From Octopus vulgaris (lineage: Eukaryota): a stretch of 64,000 nucleotides of DNA. The notes beneath the pieces were generated by a model, which saw only the letters and a list, made by a program, of their open reading frames with translations, had not been told where the DNA came from and searched no databases. The DNA is taken from contig OX597831.1 of assembly GCA_951406725.2 (NCBI GenBank), positions 69,750,001 through 69,814,000 on the forward strand, given 5' to 3'. Both the position numbers and the translations under genes were made by a program. Shown one piece after another: positions 29,770 to 42,545 of this stretch. Positions within the stretch are counted from its first letter, which is position 1, and every line of letters begins with the position of its first letter.

Positions 29770-30130
29770 AGGTGCAAGCATGGCTGTGTGGTAAGAAGCT
29801 TGCTTTCCAACTGCATGGTTTGGTGTTCAGTCCCACAGCATTGCACCTTGGGCAAGTATCTTCTGCCTCAGACCAATTAAACCTTGTGAGTGGATTTGGT
29901 AGGTGGAAGCCCGTCGTATATCCTTTTGTGTGTGTTTGTTCCCCAAACATCATCCGACAACTGATGTTTATGTGTCTAAATCCCCGTAACATTAGTGGTT
30001 TGGCAAAAGAAACCGATAGAATAACTGCTAGGTTTATAAAGAATAAGTCCTGGGTTCAATTTCTTCATCTAAAATCCCTTTAGGGTGGTGTTGTAGCATG
30101 TCTGCAGTCAAATCACTGAAACAAGTGAGA
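29770..30130 (+). mobile_element. SINE family A, diverged copy
   Basis: Same head, body and tail with more substitutions. Confidence 0.8.
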
Positions 30131-30653
30131 GAAAATCATATTTTTTCAATCTTTCATCAAAAAAGTTTACCCATTAAAAATTTAATATTACAAATTTAGT
30201 GCTTTATATATTCAAAAAAATCACACATCAGTAAGTTAAACAAAACTGACAATGTATTATAACCATTAAGTCTATTTTTAAAAACTGAGAGCCATTTCTG
30301 CATTTTGCACTCAATTTGCTCATTAGCTTTCATTTTTTTTAATATTCTGATTGTGAATAGAAAATGCTTTGTTATCTGATCATGCAAACATTAAGAAGTT
30401 AATTCTTTTGTTTCTTAAAAATTTATTTTTAATTTTCTTACTCTTATTTTTGAATTACATATATTCTGCTTGAGTTTAATTTTAACACAATATCTGTGAT
30501 TTAAAAGTTTTGGATACTGAGTTAAGAAAATAAAATAAAAAATAATACAATACTAAAAGCAAGATAAAAATGTCTTGGCTTTATACAAAGAGATTTTTAA
30601 ATCAAAAATGTTTACTTATATCTTTAAAATGCAATAAAAAGTATATGCATATG

Positions 30654-30698
<45 letters not shown>

Positions 30699-31049
30699 AG
30701 AAGTGCACACTGTGATGAACAATTTCAGAAATATATTTAGTAATTTCAAAATTCAGCAGCAATATTTTCAATCTTTTTACCTTCTTGTCCTGTACTTTTC
30801 CAGGTTCAAAACTTAGAAATATTCTAGCATTCTGCACCCATATTTTTCATTCCAGTACATATATTTTTCATCTTTCACTTGTTTTTCTCAACACTCTTAT
30901 AAAATAATTTAGGGAGATTCCTAATTTGGAGAGAAAAAGGTGGATTGAACCAAATTATATCCCGTTTCCTAGATTTCTTATTATCATTTTTATTAGTAGT
31001 AACAATACACACACACATATATATGTGTTTTACATGAAATTTATATGAA

Positions 31050-31300
31050 ATTTACAGAGAAACAAAAGACAAAGACAGGTGTATGAACATCAAGCAGCTG
31101 TATAAATGAAAAAGTCTTTTACGTTTCGAACCTATGCTCTTCAACAGAAAGGAATAAGAGAAAATAAACAGAGAGAGAATAAATAAAACTTGTGTATTTA
31201 TTGGTTGAGCATGGTGACTGATAAGAAAAATGGGTTTGATAGGAGTGGTTGAAAGAAGGGAAAATAATAAAGTATTGGTGATCCCAAAACGAGGGTGCAT
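31050..31300 (-). mobile_element. Penelope-like pseudo-LTR fragment with a variant hammerhead-like motif (31116-31151)
   Basis: Minus strand CTTT CTGTTGA A GAGC-ATAG-GTTC GAAA CG TA AAAG. Confidence 0.62.
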
Positions 31301-31873
31301 GTGTGTGTGTGAGAATGTGCAAGTTGGTGTGTGTGTGGATATACGCGGTAATCACATTCAGTTTAAATGGCTTATTGATGTATTTTGTTTCCCTTTTTCC
31401 CCTGATAAGATGATTGCATTGTTTTACATCATTTTTATTCCCTCCAGTAATATCTCAATGCCTTCTTCGAAACATATGTTGGAAGTATAAATGATTTGAA
31501 TAACACCTGTGTTTGATTCCATTTTTACTTTATCCATATTATACAAAAGCATTTCACTTCACCCTGGAATTTCTATCTTTATAAGTAGGTTTAAATGTCC
31601 TTGGCACTTAAGTGAATTTTTGCTACCCTGGTAACTATTTATTTATTTTTCTTGTTATTTGAACACACATATATACACACATATATACATATAACAGTGA
31701 TAAAAAATGGAAACAAACACACAAGATATTATTTAAATCATTTACATCATCATATCACGACATATGTTTCAATTGATGCATTAAAGTGTGATTACTAATT
31801 TCGTAGGTGCTTATATGACATTTTGCTACCCTGTAACCATTTGTCAGGATTTTCCTTGTGAGTTGAACATTTG

Positions 31874-31907
<34 letters not shown>

Positions 31908-32387
31908 CAGCAGGTTTTTCATTATTAAAACCTGCAACTGGAATAGTTACTGCAAATAGATACCTTTAATATTAATGCCACTCTTAAGGATATACATATT
32001 CCCCCAAGATACGTATTCCTTAAACAGCTCATTAATAAATCCAACTCTTTCGTTAATCATATCAGATGGCAAGCTTTCTTCTTCAATAATAAGGATATTA
32101 AACAACCCTTTAATGACAAAAATTCTGAATTTAGTAAATTGTTCAAATCTAGAAATAATCTTTCTCCTAACACAAGATTCAAACAGTTTGAAGAGGACCT
32201 CTGGTCTATTGTTAAGAATGTTAAATTTCATTGTTCCCCCTTAAGGAATAAACATCTGAGATATCTACATAATATTACCAGGGAAATAAGCAGCAGGGAA
32301 GGCCTATTTGTTCAATTGGATAAAACTGGTAATCTGTATCACTTAAACATGGATTATTACTTAAAATTCACAGGAAAGACAAGCAAA

Positions 32388-32777
32388 AGTGGCTGTGTGG
32401 TAAGTAGCTTGTTTACCAACCACATGGTTCTGGGTTCAGTCTCACTACGTGGCACCTTCGGCAAGTGTTTCTACTATAGCCTCGGGCCAACCAAAGCCTT
32501 GTGAGTGGATTTGGTAGACGGAAACTGAAAGAAGCCCGTCGTATATATGTATATATATATATATGCGTCTGTGTGTTTGTGTTTGTCCCCCTAGCATTGC
32601 TTGACAACCGATGCTGGTGTGTTCATGTCCCCTGTCACTTAGCGGTTTGGCAAAAGAGACTGATAGAATAAGTACTGGGCTTATAAAGAATAAGTCCCAG
32701 GGTCGAGTTGCTCGATTAAAGGTGGTGCTCCAGCATGGCCGCAGTCAAATGACTGAAACAAGTAAAAGAGTAAAAGA
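32388..32777 (+). mobile_element. SINE family A copy inserted into the Penelope-like remnant
   Basis: Aligns with 14428-14832; the Penelope-like reading frame stops at its left edge. Confidence 0.88.
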
Positions 32778-32991
32778 TTAAAAGACTACTGGTAAAAATG
32801 CTATCAGAAAAGCTAACCTGGAAGCTAAGAAAATTATGGAAAAATATAACTTACAAGTGAAGACTGAACCTTTAAATTCAAAGCAAGCCCATATTATTTT
32901 AGAGGACCACAAACCTAACTTCTTGCACACATATATATACATGCAAAAATATTTATATATACATACATACAAAAAAATATATATAGCATAC

Positions 32992-33031
<40 letters not shown>

Positions 33032-33677
33032 CATAGATATAAATATAATATAGATATAAATATATATAGACATACAAGTATATATATATATTAAGGAAGA
33101 AAAGAGCTCATGGTTCTGTACCAGCACACCGAGCAGGAACACGGGGGCTCACTCAACAACATAGAAGTTAAAATCTTGTCCACACATAGAACAGACGCAA
33201 CAATTAGACAAATTACAGAAGCTATACACATAATAGAATATAAACCTAGCCTGAATAGGAAACTGGAATGGAACACTAGCACCACCCCACCAACACACCA
33301 CAACATATGACAGAATAAGATCCCCATAAACTGATAACGATATAAACAAAACTAAAAACATAATAAAATACACAGATAAACAATTGAAATTAAATAACTA
33401 TATACATTAACAAAATTAAAAAAAAAAAATTTAATTAATGCAAAAACAAAAAAAAAGTAGGTGTAAACACATGAACAAAATAAACAAAAACAAATTACAC
33501 AAACGTGTATAAACAGGAGATACAAATATTACAGGCCCCCCCACACACACACACACTAACTAAACATAGACACACATAGGGGTATACGCATGCGCAAATA
33601 AAGACACATACAAAAGGAATACAAAATGGCTGACTGTTAGTAAGGAGAGACACACAATTAAGAAAGAAGAAAGCAAA

Positions 33678-33722
33678 GGACCACTGATGAGGTCACAGAA
33701 GTGTGACGAAAGAACTCTGGCC
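33678..33722 (+). ncRNA. Minimal type I hammerhead ribozyme motif
   Basis: GGACCA CTGATGA G GTCACA-GAAG-TGTGAC GAAA G-AA-C TC TGGCC: intact core, 6-bp stem II, minimal stem III, predicted cleavage after CUC. Confidence 0.75.
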
Positions 33723-33840
33723 GAAATAAGATTAAGATTAATGTAAAATATAAATAAAGCTGAAGCAAATTAACACCAAATATATAGTGTGTGTGTTTTT
33801 ATTGGCTAAACTGGCAAAATGACCATTCCTAAATACAACA

Positions 33841-33879
<39 letters not shown>

Positions 33880-33909
33880 CACACATACATACATATATGT
33901 AACACATGG

Positions 33910-34365
33910 TATGATTATAAACAGAGCAAATTTTAGCTATATCTCTGCTGACTGAAAAAATGATTAACAACCTTAATCGATTTTCAAACTTTATTGGGTT
34001 CTCATCAGAGGTGTCTGCAACATTCTGACAGTCTCCAGAGAAACAAGCAGCAAAAACTGTTTATATACTCAACAAATGCAGCAGTTACTCTATGAAGGAA
34101 TCCCTAACTTGCATACCGAAAGTGTTTAACACTCTATTGACACGGATCTTAGTCCACACCGTATCAAGGTATGATATAATAGATATGTAACATATAGTAA
34201 AATATAATGAATTTTGAGTGAAGAATTGTGAATGAAACGAGTTGCAGCAAAATTTGTGCTTCACTTGCTGATGGAAAATCAAAAACAGTCACTGCTGAAT
34301 ACATGTCATGAACTGAAAGAACAATTGGAATTTGATCTGTCCCTTTTTTCGAAGGTCATCTCTAT
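33910..34365 (+). mobile_element. Mariner transposase fragment
   Basis: MKRVAAKFVLHLLMENQKQ...FSKVI resembles the mariner linker (W/FVPHxL) preceding the catalytic domain. Confidence 0.7.
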
Positions 34366-36664
34366 CCTTGTGCATATGGCTGAAAGTAAATCATTAAATT
34401 TTCAAAAATCCCCACAAGGTTTATATAAACATTTCTAGAAATAGCATATATCACTCTCTGTCTTTAATGAAACCTTCTTTGATATTTGATTAGTCAGAGG
34501 AATGATGTATTCCACTCTAAAGCCAGTAACTCATCATATATTACTAATGACTTGTTACTGACAAGATAAGACTGAAACTCTACAGAGATTCTACTTGTGC
34601 TTTTATGACAGGAATGTTTGAAATGGTAATCAGCCAAGCAGGAAAGAAGTATTTTGCTGATTTCTTTCACTTGTAAATAAAATGAATGATTTAAGATGGA
34701 ATTATTTTAACAGAAATGAAAAGAAAACTTTTGGTTGCCAAGTGCACTGGTATAAGTGCAACACTTATTACAAAAAGCTTTGTATTATGTACTTAATTAA
34801 AGCATTAATCTGCTTTCCCTATTTAACCTGGTCATTCTCTTTCTCATTAAAATTTGGGATGGTATGTAGCTGTAAAAATCACTGCTCAATTAAAAATTCT
34901 CTCCTCTATGCAAACATAAGATGATGAAAAACTAATTTTAGTTATGACTTGTTTGTATCTATGTTGGGATACTAGTTTCAGTGTTTGATTGCACAACTGT
35001 TTCCATTTTTCCTTTATGTATAATTCGATCTAATAATCAATCAGTAAGTGGACTGAATCTGAACAAGTATTTTTTTCTTTACAATTGTTGTCTCTATTTT
35101 CTCATACACACTGTGTCTTCACTCATAATTATAATTACTATTTCTCATCGTCTACAATAAAACTGAACCTCTACCTCAAAAACAATTTAAAGTACCTTCC
35201 TCTCCCTCTTTTCATTACTCGAAGTTTTCAAATTTTTCTGGTCCTATTTCCCCACAAATCCACCTCTCATGAATTTCCATCTTATTTACATTTCACTGTC
35301 AGTATCAAGGTGTTCTGAATGATCATTAGCCACAGGTAAGCTCACCTTGAATTTTCCCTCTCTTCTTTCTGAAGAAGTAAAATTGAAAGAAACAGGTATA
35401 TATAAATTTTCATCCAGTTAAGCATAATACTTGGATTTTCCTCAGCTTAACTCTACTTGATCAGCTGTATAAGCAATTAATAACTAATCTTTAATTTATT
35501 AATAGTAACTGCTTATTAGTGATAGTAATCTATTGCTAATAGTAATAAATTGACAGAAAGTAAATTAGAATAAAGTCTAACTCAAAGATGTAGTCCTATA
35601 TATAGACTATAGCTACTCAGGATTAAGCTGTGATAGAAATTCACATGTTTTCCAGTCTTGAGGTTGATATTGTATGTATTCTCGTACATTTTCTTAGATA
35701 TTCATTGCTTGTAAATCTTATTGAAATGTTGTTGACAAGAATCAAGCTGGAGAATATAAATAACTACTAGATATTCAGGGCAGAAATTTGATTTAGCTTT
35801 AAGCTAATATACTGACTTTAGCTGTTTCTGTTGCTGCTACTGTCAAACACAATTTACTCGATAAAATATAGAAGTGTAACTATATTGCCAGTTCAAGTTA
35901 GCTCAATGTAACAAGCCTTAGGTCTTATTAACCTTATTCGTCTTTATTTTCTGAAAGTGAGTGAGAGAGTTTCAAATCATGGTGTATAGATTTCATTAAT
36001 TTGTCTCTTCCATTATCACCATCTTTCCATCATGGATTCAGTGTATATTTGGGAATATTCAATAGCTAAGTTACTTTCTATAATTACCAGAACAAGTTAG
36101 AACAATGGAATTACTGTATTCAAATGATGAATCAAATGATATTATCTAAAGAGGTAATGAATAAAAGGTGATGTATGTGAAGTGTCTTAGAGAGCAAAGT
36201 TCACTATTTGAGAAATATTCATCAAACAAACTTTATCATATTTATTGAGGACTAACGTAGTGAAATGTTGAGTTACAATTAAATAAAAATGACAAGAATA
36301 GATTATATAATATGTAAGCTTTAAATAGTGTATAAATATAGAATGCTATAGAAGAACTAGCATTATCAATATCAAAATTGCAACTATTAACCTGCAAAAT
36401 TAGAAATTAAGTGAAGGTATCTTTCAATAACTCTAGCAGTTTCAGAAATATTGATTAAATATGCACGTTGCCTTATTGGATGCAAACAATTGTGAGCTAA
36501 AAACATAAATACTTTTTAACATATTTCTATTTCCCTTAAAATGGATCCATTTCCCCATCAAAACGGATGCATTAGAATAAACAGAAAAAATGGTGTTTCT
36601 CTGTTATTGCTAGCTGTACAAGAAATAATACACTTATCTTCTAATCACTCTCTACTATCTAAAA

Positions 36665-36972
36665 TCATCATCATCATCATCATCATCGTTTAACGTCCGC
36701 TTTCCATGCTAGCATGGGTTGGACGGTTCAACTGGGGTCTGGGAAGCCAGAAGGCTGCATCAGGCCCAGTCTGATCTGGCAATGTTTCTACAGCTGGATG
36801 CTCTTCCTAATGCCAACCATTCTGTGAGTGTAGTGGGTGCTTTTTATGTGCCACCGGCACAGGTGCCAGACAAGGCTGGCAAACGGCCACGATTGGATGG
36901 TGCTTTTTATGTTCCACCGGCACGGAGGCCAGGCGAGGCTGGCAACGCCCACGATCGGATGGTGCTTTTTAA
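36665..36972 (-). mobile_element. 3' UTR fragment of the same RTE-like family with an internal tandem duplication of about 60 bp
   Basis: (ATC)n at the left; GGTGCTTTTTA occurs three times, with the following TGT.CCACCGGCAC twice. Confidence 0.8.
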
Positions 36973-37644
36973 TGACATTTTCATGGTAAAAGTAACAATA
37001 TAGGATAGAAGTGTCAAACCAATGTGAAGTCCAAATGTAGTAATTTGATTTGCTTGAAATAGCAAATAAATCTCCTTCAGATTACATCCTTCTATATATA
37101 AGGACGAACACATTAAGTAATGTAATCTTACGTATGTTTAAAAAGATATGGTGGTCATGGAAGGAAGCTTGGTGGCTATAGGTCTACTCTCTAAATGTTG
37201 AACTGGAGTTAAGCACAACAGTATAGACCATCTAGATCATGTGGAAATTAAGTGTAATATATTCATCCCTATTAAAATCGATGAAGTCAGTTCGTTGCTT
37301 CTCACCTCTGGTACAATTACAACAAGAACCTACCTGAACCAGGTGAGAACAGCTGTATGCTTACTGAAGCTGCTAGAAATATCATCCAAATCTCATCTGA
37401 AGAAAGAGCAGGATGCGATCTGAAGGAAATTTGGTTAATATTTCAAACTGGTTGGGTGATTATAGAGGTTTTTGTTTGGCTTGATATTTCCATGTTGTTA
37501 CTTTTGCTAGTGGAGAAGTTATAAGTAACTTGGTTTTAGTTAGTAATGTGGGATCTGAAGAAAATTTGGCTGTTATTTCAAGTATGTTAAGCAATCACAT
37601 GGAGACATTCATCATTGTAAATAAAGGACACATTAGACAACATC

Positions 37645-38115
37645 TATCTATCCGCTCAGTCGAAGTTGACTCTCGATTACTCCATGGATCAGTGTCCTCC
37701 AGTCAGTTCTATCCTGGGCCACTTCTTTCAGATTGGCTATGTCCATTCCGGTATCACTCCTGATGGTGTCAAGCCAGCGGGTTCTTGGTCGGCCTCTTTC
37801 TCTCTTGCCACTGACCATTCCGAGCATGATGTCCTTCTCCAGGGATTTTCTCCGCATAATATGACCAAAATATGCCAATCTATGCTTGGTTATCCTAGCT
37901 TCTAGCGACATTTTCGGTCTGATCTGCTTAAGAACTTCTCCATTGGTGAGCCTCACTGTCCATGGAATCCGTAAAAGTCTTCTCCAACATCAAAGCTGGA
38001 ATGCATTAATTCTCTTCTGGTCAGCTTTCTTTAGTGTCCAGGTCTCACATCCATATGTTGCCATTGGGAAGACAATTGCATTCACCAATCTGCATTTGGT
38101 AGACAACATACTTCT
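37645..38115 (-). mobile_element. RTE-clade (BovB-like) LINE 3' fragment
   Basis: YGCETWTLKKADQKRINAF and YFGHIMRRKSLEKDIMLGMVSGKRERGRPRTRWLD. Confidence 0.88.
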
Positions 38116-38224
38116 TAATAAATATAAAAATACAAGATGACTAGTAATTATGATAGGAACAAATATTAGCATAAGCTCAAGCAGGAATGATGTAAGGCAT
38201 AACAATAACAGTATACACAGGAAG

Positions 38225-38436
38225 GTGGCCAGCTAACAGAAATGTTAGCACACCGGACGAAATACTTAGTGGTATTTCGTCAGTCTTTATGTTCTGAGTT
38301 CAAAATCTGCCGAGCTCGACTTTGCCTTTCGACCTTTCGGGGTCGATAAATTTAGTACCAGTTGTGTACTGGGGTAGATCTAATCGACTGGCCCCCTCCC
38401 CCAAAATTTCGGGTCTTGTGCCTAGACTAGAAAAGA
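38225..38436 (+). mobile_element. SINE family B copy with a different 3' tail
   Basis: Same head and body as 21223; the tail is CTGGCCCCCTCCCCCAAAATTTCGGGTCTTGTGCCTAG instead. Confidence 0.8.
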
Positions 38437-38493
38437 GTATACACAGGAACTAGCTGGATAGTGGGAAAAAATGTAACATAATACACTGCTTTA

Positions 38494-38829
38494 TCTCTAT
38501 ATATAAACGGCAAAATGTCTGTCTGTCTGTGTGTGTGTCCCTTATAAAAATCCACAATTTTTCAGTTAGAGGGCTGGCACTTTCTATGTTCATTCAAAAA
38601 CCTTCCAAGGGTGGTCGTGCACATCCTTACACTTCCCCAGTCACCCTGCAAAGCCATTAAAAAATCAATAGAAGTGACTTTTTTGTGAATTTTCTATCCA
38701 AAACCCAATCAAAATGCCCAAAACTTGATACGCCAATTGAATGCCAGCTAGCTGTATGTGATTGGTCGGAGATTTGGACAGTACTCACGTGTATGTGTGC
38801 ATGCACGCAGCTGTATATGCATGCACTAG
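38494..38829 (+). mobile_element. Non-autonomous Helitron (second family)
   Basis: A|TCTCTATATATAAA...(CTGT)n start; ends with the imperfect palindrome TGCATGCACGCAGCTGTATATGCATGCA and CTAG|T. Confidence 0.75.
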
Positions 38830-39219
38830 TCTGTATTAAATGCCATGACCACTGAATGTTGGAATCTTGATTCTCATCCTGGTGAGAATGGTATATCTTG
38901 AAAAACTGGATTACTCAATCATGGGCTGATAGGAGCTGTCCAGCAACAATAACAAATAAAAGTAGCTGAATTTAATAATTCAAAAATAGATTTGTGAGGG
39001 GAAATGCTAAATGATTATCAGACATTAGGAAGCTGATATTATAGAAACCGGTCCTCATCAACTAAACCTTTTATTGTTTGAGACCAACCCATCTTTTCTT
39101 TTTTTTCAGACATAGTGTACATAAGTAATGCATTAACAGATGCTGCAGAGGAAATCTCTTGCAGCAGTTATTCTGGATCTTAGTGTTCAAAGTTTAGATC
39201 CTGTCAGAGTCAAATTTGT

Positions 39220-39738
39220 TCTTCCAGCGGTTGAGGGAACCTGTGGAAGAGGCAGACCCAGGAAAACCTGGGACGAGGTGATGAAGCACGACCTTTGAAC
39301 TTTAGGTCTCACTGAGGAAATGACTAGAGACGGAGACCTCTGGAAGTATGCTGTGCGTGAGAAGACCCGGCAGGACAAGTGAGACCATAACCCGTGGCCT
39401 TCTACTCGGGATGTAGCCAGTCCACTTATGCATACCTTCCCTTCTTGGGACACAAAACTCTACTTGTGAAGACCTGTTGAGGTAAGTGAGAATCGAAATC
39501 AGAATCAAAATCGATCAATGGAAATTGCAGATGAGATACCAGTGCCGTGGCATGTAAAAAGCACCCACTACACTCATGGAGTGGTTGGCGTTAGGAAGGG
39601 CATCCAGCCGTAGAAACATTGCCAGATCAGACTGGGCCTGGTGCAGCCTTTTGGCTTCCCAGACCCCAGTTGAACCGTCCAACCCATGCTAGCTTGGAAA
39701 GTGGATGCTAAACGATGATGATGATGATGATGATGATG
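39220..39738 (+). mobile_element. 5'-truncated RTE-like LINE: end of ORF, 3' UTR and (GAT)n tail
   Basis: VEGTCGRGRPRKTWDEV...DLWKYAVREKTRQ, followed by a UTR containing GTTAGGAAGGGCATCCAGC and ending AAAC(GAT)n. Confidence 0.8.
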
Positions 39739-41456
39739 AGGATCTTTTATTGGTCAATAAGTAAAGTACTATTCTATGGCAGAAAGCTAGTAGAACGATA
39801 ACAGTGCCAAATGATTTAAAGTATTTCTTTCAGCTCAGCTCTTTGAATTTTGAGTTCAAATTCCACTACTGCATACTAGTCACTAGGAAGAGAATTTGAA
39901 ACTTCTACAATTAAGCATAGATAGTATAGAGTGATCCAGGATATTCAAGATGCTGAGGGCAAATAATATTTAATGATGATGATGTATCTAGGTTCAATTT
40001 ATCCAATATGTCTGTTTTTTTTTCTTAATCTGTAGGGTGTGATTTCAGGAAAATTTGTCTTATTTCCAACAATGCTAAAGATAATGTCTCCATTATTGAT
40101 TCATGTAAATTCTAATTCATTGGCTTGAAAACTAAGCAGTTATAATTGTAGACAGAATCAAAGATAATTAGAACTGTGACTGCTTACCAACCTGCGCATC
40201 GTTGCCCGAGAATTAAAATGGCGAATGATACTAACCTGCCCAAATCTGGCCGTAATAACCTGGTCATATCTGAATGAGAATTTCAGTGCAAATCTCGCTA
40301 GTACATTCACAAAAACACGTAGTTTCATTTTGTAAAGAATTGAGTTTACAGAGTCGGACATTATTTTACACTAGCTGGCACCGTGTCGTCAAAAATGACT
40401 GCCAATAGCAGTATTTTATATATATAAATATGGATGGTAAATCAAATTAATACACTTGTTAATGTTATCTAGTGGTTGAATTTTGAGATGTGATATTGAC
40501 CATCGTTTGTTACTGAAAGGACACTGGTCCACATACAAACATTCACATACTTTCCTTGTACACACACATACACACATATATGCAGAGTTGAAAAGCTGTT
40601 TGATTTTTCTTTTCAGCATTGAATGTTCACCATCCCACTTCTATTGCACACATGCACATACCCACACACAAACATTCACATACCTCCCTTTTACGTACAC
40701 ACACATATACTCACTCAGAGTTGAAACACTCCCACTACCAGTTTGCCATCACCCCTTCCTATCTCATTCATATGTTGTGACAGAGAAACACAAGTGTATT
40801 ATTATAGTAGATGCTATCTATGCACTGCAAATTTTTGGAGGTATTTCTTTCCATTTTTTTCCCACTTCAGTTTTCTGAAATGTTTTATTACAGATGAAAA
40901 CTGGATCCCAGTTTCATGTTGTCAAGCAATGAGTTTGAATTTGATGTATTTTTGAAAGAAGACAGAAAAATCAAAGAAAATATACAGCAAACATAAAACC
41001 CATGTGTGCAATTATGAAGAGGATATTTTTCCTCGAACAAGAAGCAATTCTAACGGTTCAATTAGCAGGAGGTGGGGAGTGGGGATTTATACTTGAATAT
41101 AGTAAGAATTTAAGAGCTGTTTTTATTGGTTATTTTTAGGCTAATCAACTCCAATATGCCCTAATAGAACTTGGTATCACTACATTATCAAGAACGTAAA
41201 GAAAGAAAGAAAGAAAAAAGAAAAGAAAGAAAAATATCTGAGATTTCCCTACGTACTTGGAAGAAAGTTAAGAATATTGTGCGTGAATATAATGTAAATG
41301 TATATATATGTGTAAAAGTTTGTATGAATTTGATATTTCTGTTTTTCAAAAGAAACGATTGTTAACAGTTCTGAGAGTGGAGGGAAAAAAAGAATTTTGT
41401 ACCTGAATATAGTAAGAATTTAAAATCTACTTTTATTAGTTATTTTTAGGGAGATA

Positions 41457-41490
41457 CTAGATGTACTCCTGACCCTTTGGATCACGACCA
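41457..41490 (-). mobile_element. Candidate Helitron 3' terminus (hairpin followed by CTAG|T)
   Basis: Minus strand reads TGATCC-AAA-GGGTCA hairpin, GGAGTACAT, CTAG, then T. Same orientation as, and downstream of, the helicase remnant. Confidence 0.6.
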
Positions 41491-41591
41491 CTCAAAATTG
41501 AAAATGTTGATGTGCAACACCAAAGGAAAAAGTAATATTTTAGTTAAAATGGTAATTTTTATCATGTTAATCAAAGGGCAGTTTATTTTAA

Positions 41592-41810
41592 CCCTTTCGT
41601 TACCATATTTCTGTTGAGATGCTCTGTATTTCTTTCAATTACTTTAAATATAACAAAGAATTTAGTAAAATAACTTAGTTATCATTCAGCTAGTGTTAGG
41701 AACATAAATTGTGACTAAGGTTTGGTGAAGATTTTAATTCAAAACTTATGAAAACAAGACATTTGTACTCAGAGCCAGAGCCGGTTTCAGCCGGGTTGGT
41801 AACGAAAGGG
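41592..41810. mobile_element. piggyBac-type MITE
   Basis: Terminal inverted repeat CCCTTTCGTTACC...GGTAACGAAAGGG, with TTAA on the left and TAA on the right. Confidence 0.8.
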
Positions 41811-42136
41811 TAACTCCGTGTTATACCTATAGAATCCATCTGACAGCATAGAGAGGACACATAATCCAAAATTTTCGCAATGCAACCACAGATTAAGGGA
41901 GGAAAATAGAAAGCATAGTAATTTTTCTCTTTAAGAAAATAAATAATCAAGTTGAAAATGTGACCTTGAAATGCCCCTCCCTTCCATTGCCGAGTCGAGT
42001 GAGTGGAGATTTTCAACTCCATTTTTTTTCTTTTCTTAAAGGGGAAAATTATTTTATTTAAAATAAAATATTAATCATTCTCATCTTGATCAAAAGACAG
42101 AAAAACAGAGAGACAAATTTTGAGTTTTCATTTTAT

Positions 42137-42150
42137 ATAGATAGATAGAG

Positions 42151-42248
<98 letters not shown>

Positions 42249-42249
42249 C
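42137..42249. repeat. (GATA)n microsatellite, left flank of the retrotransposon
   Basis: Directly visible tandem GATA run ending in ATAGAC. Confidence 0.97.
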
Positions 42250-42545
42250 TTTCTTTTATTAGCCACACAGGGCTGAATACAGAGGGGACAAATACAAATG
42301 CAGAGCTTTTCTTTTCGAGGGTGGAAAAAAAAGAAAATAAATGTAAGATTGCGATCAAAAGGGATCGAGAGGAGAAAAAAAAGAAAAGAAATCGTGTATC
42401 ACAGAAATAATGATAAAAACATTGATATAACAAGATTGGGTTCATCCGTGGGAAGAAAAGCCTACAGAAAAGACCACGGGAACCTCAGTCAGGGAGGAAA
42501 TAATCACATGATATCAAAATGCTCTCTTTCTTTCTTTTTTACGAT

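Larger units (their letters stand above)
32100..33840 (+). mobile_element. Internally deleted Penelope-like element with 3' pseudo-LTR, interrupted by a SINE
   Basis: FEEDLWSIVKNVKF and LDKTGNLY N-terminal motifs; GIY-YIG C-terminal RQITEAIHIIEYKPSLN; hammerhead motif downstream. Confidence 0.8.
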
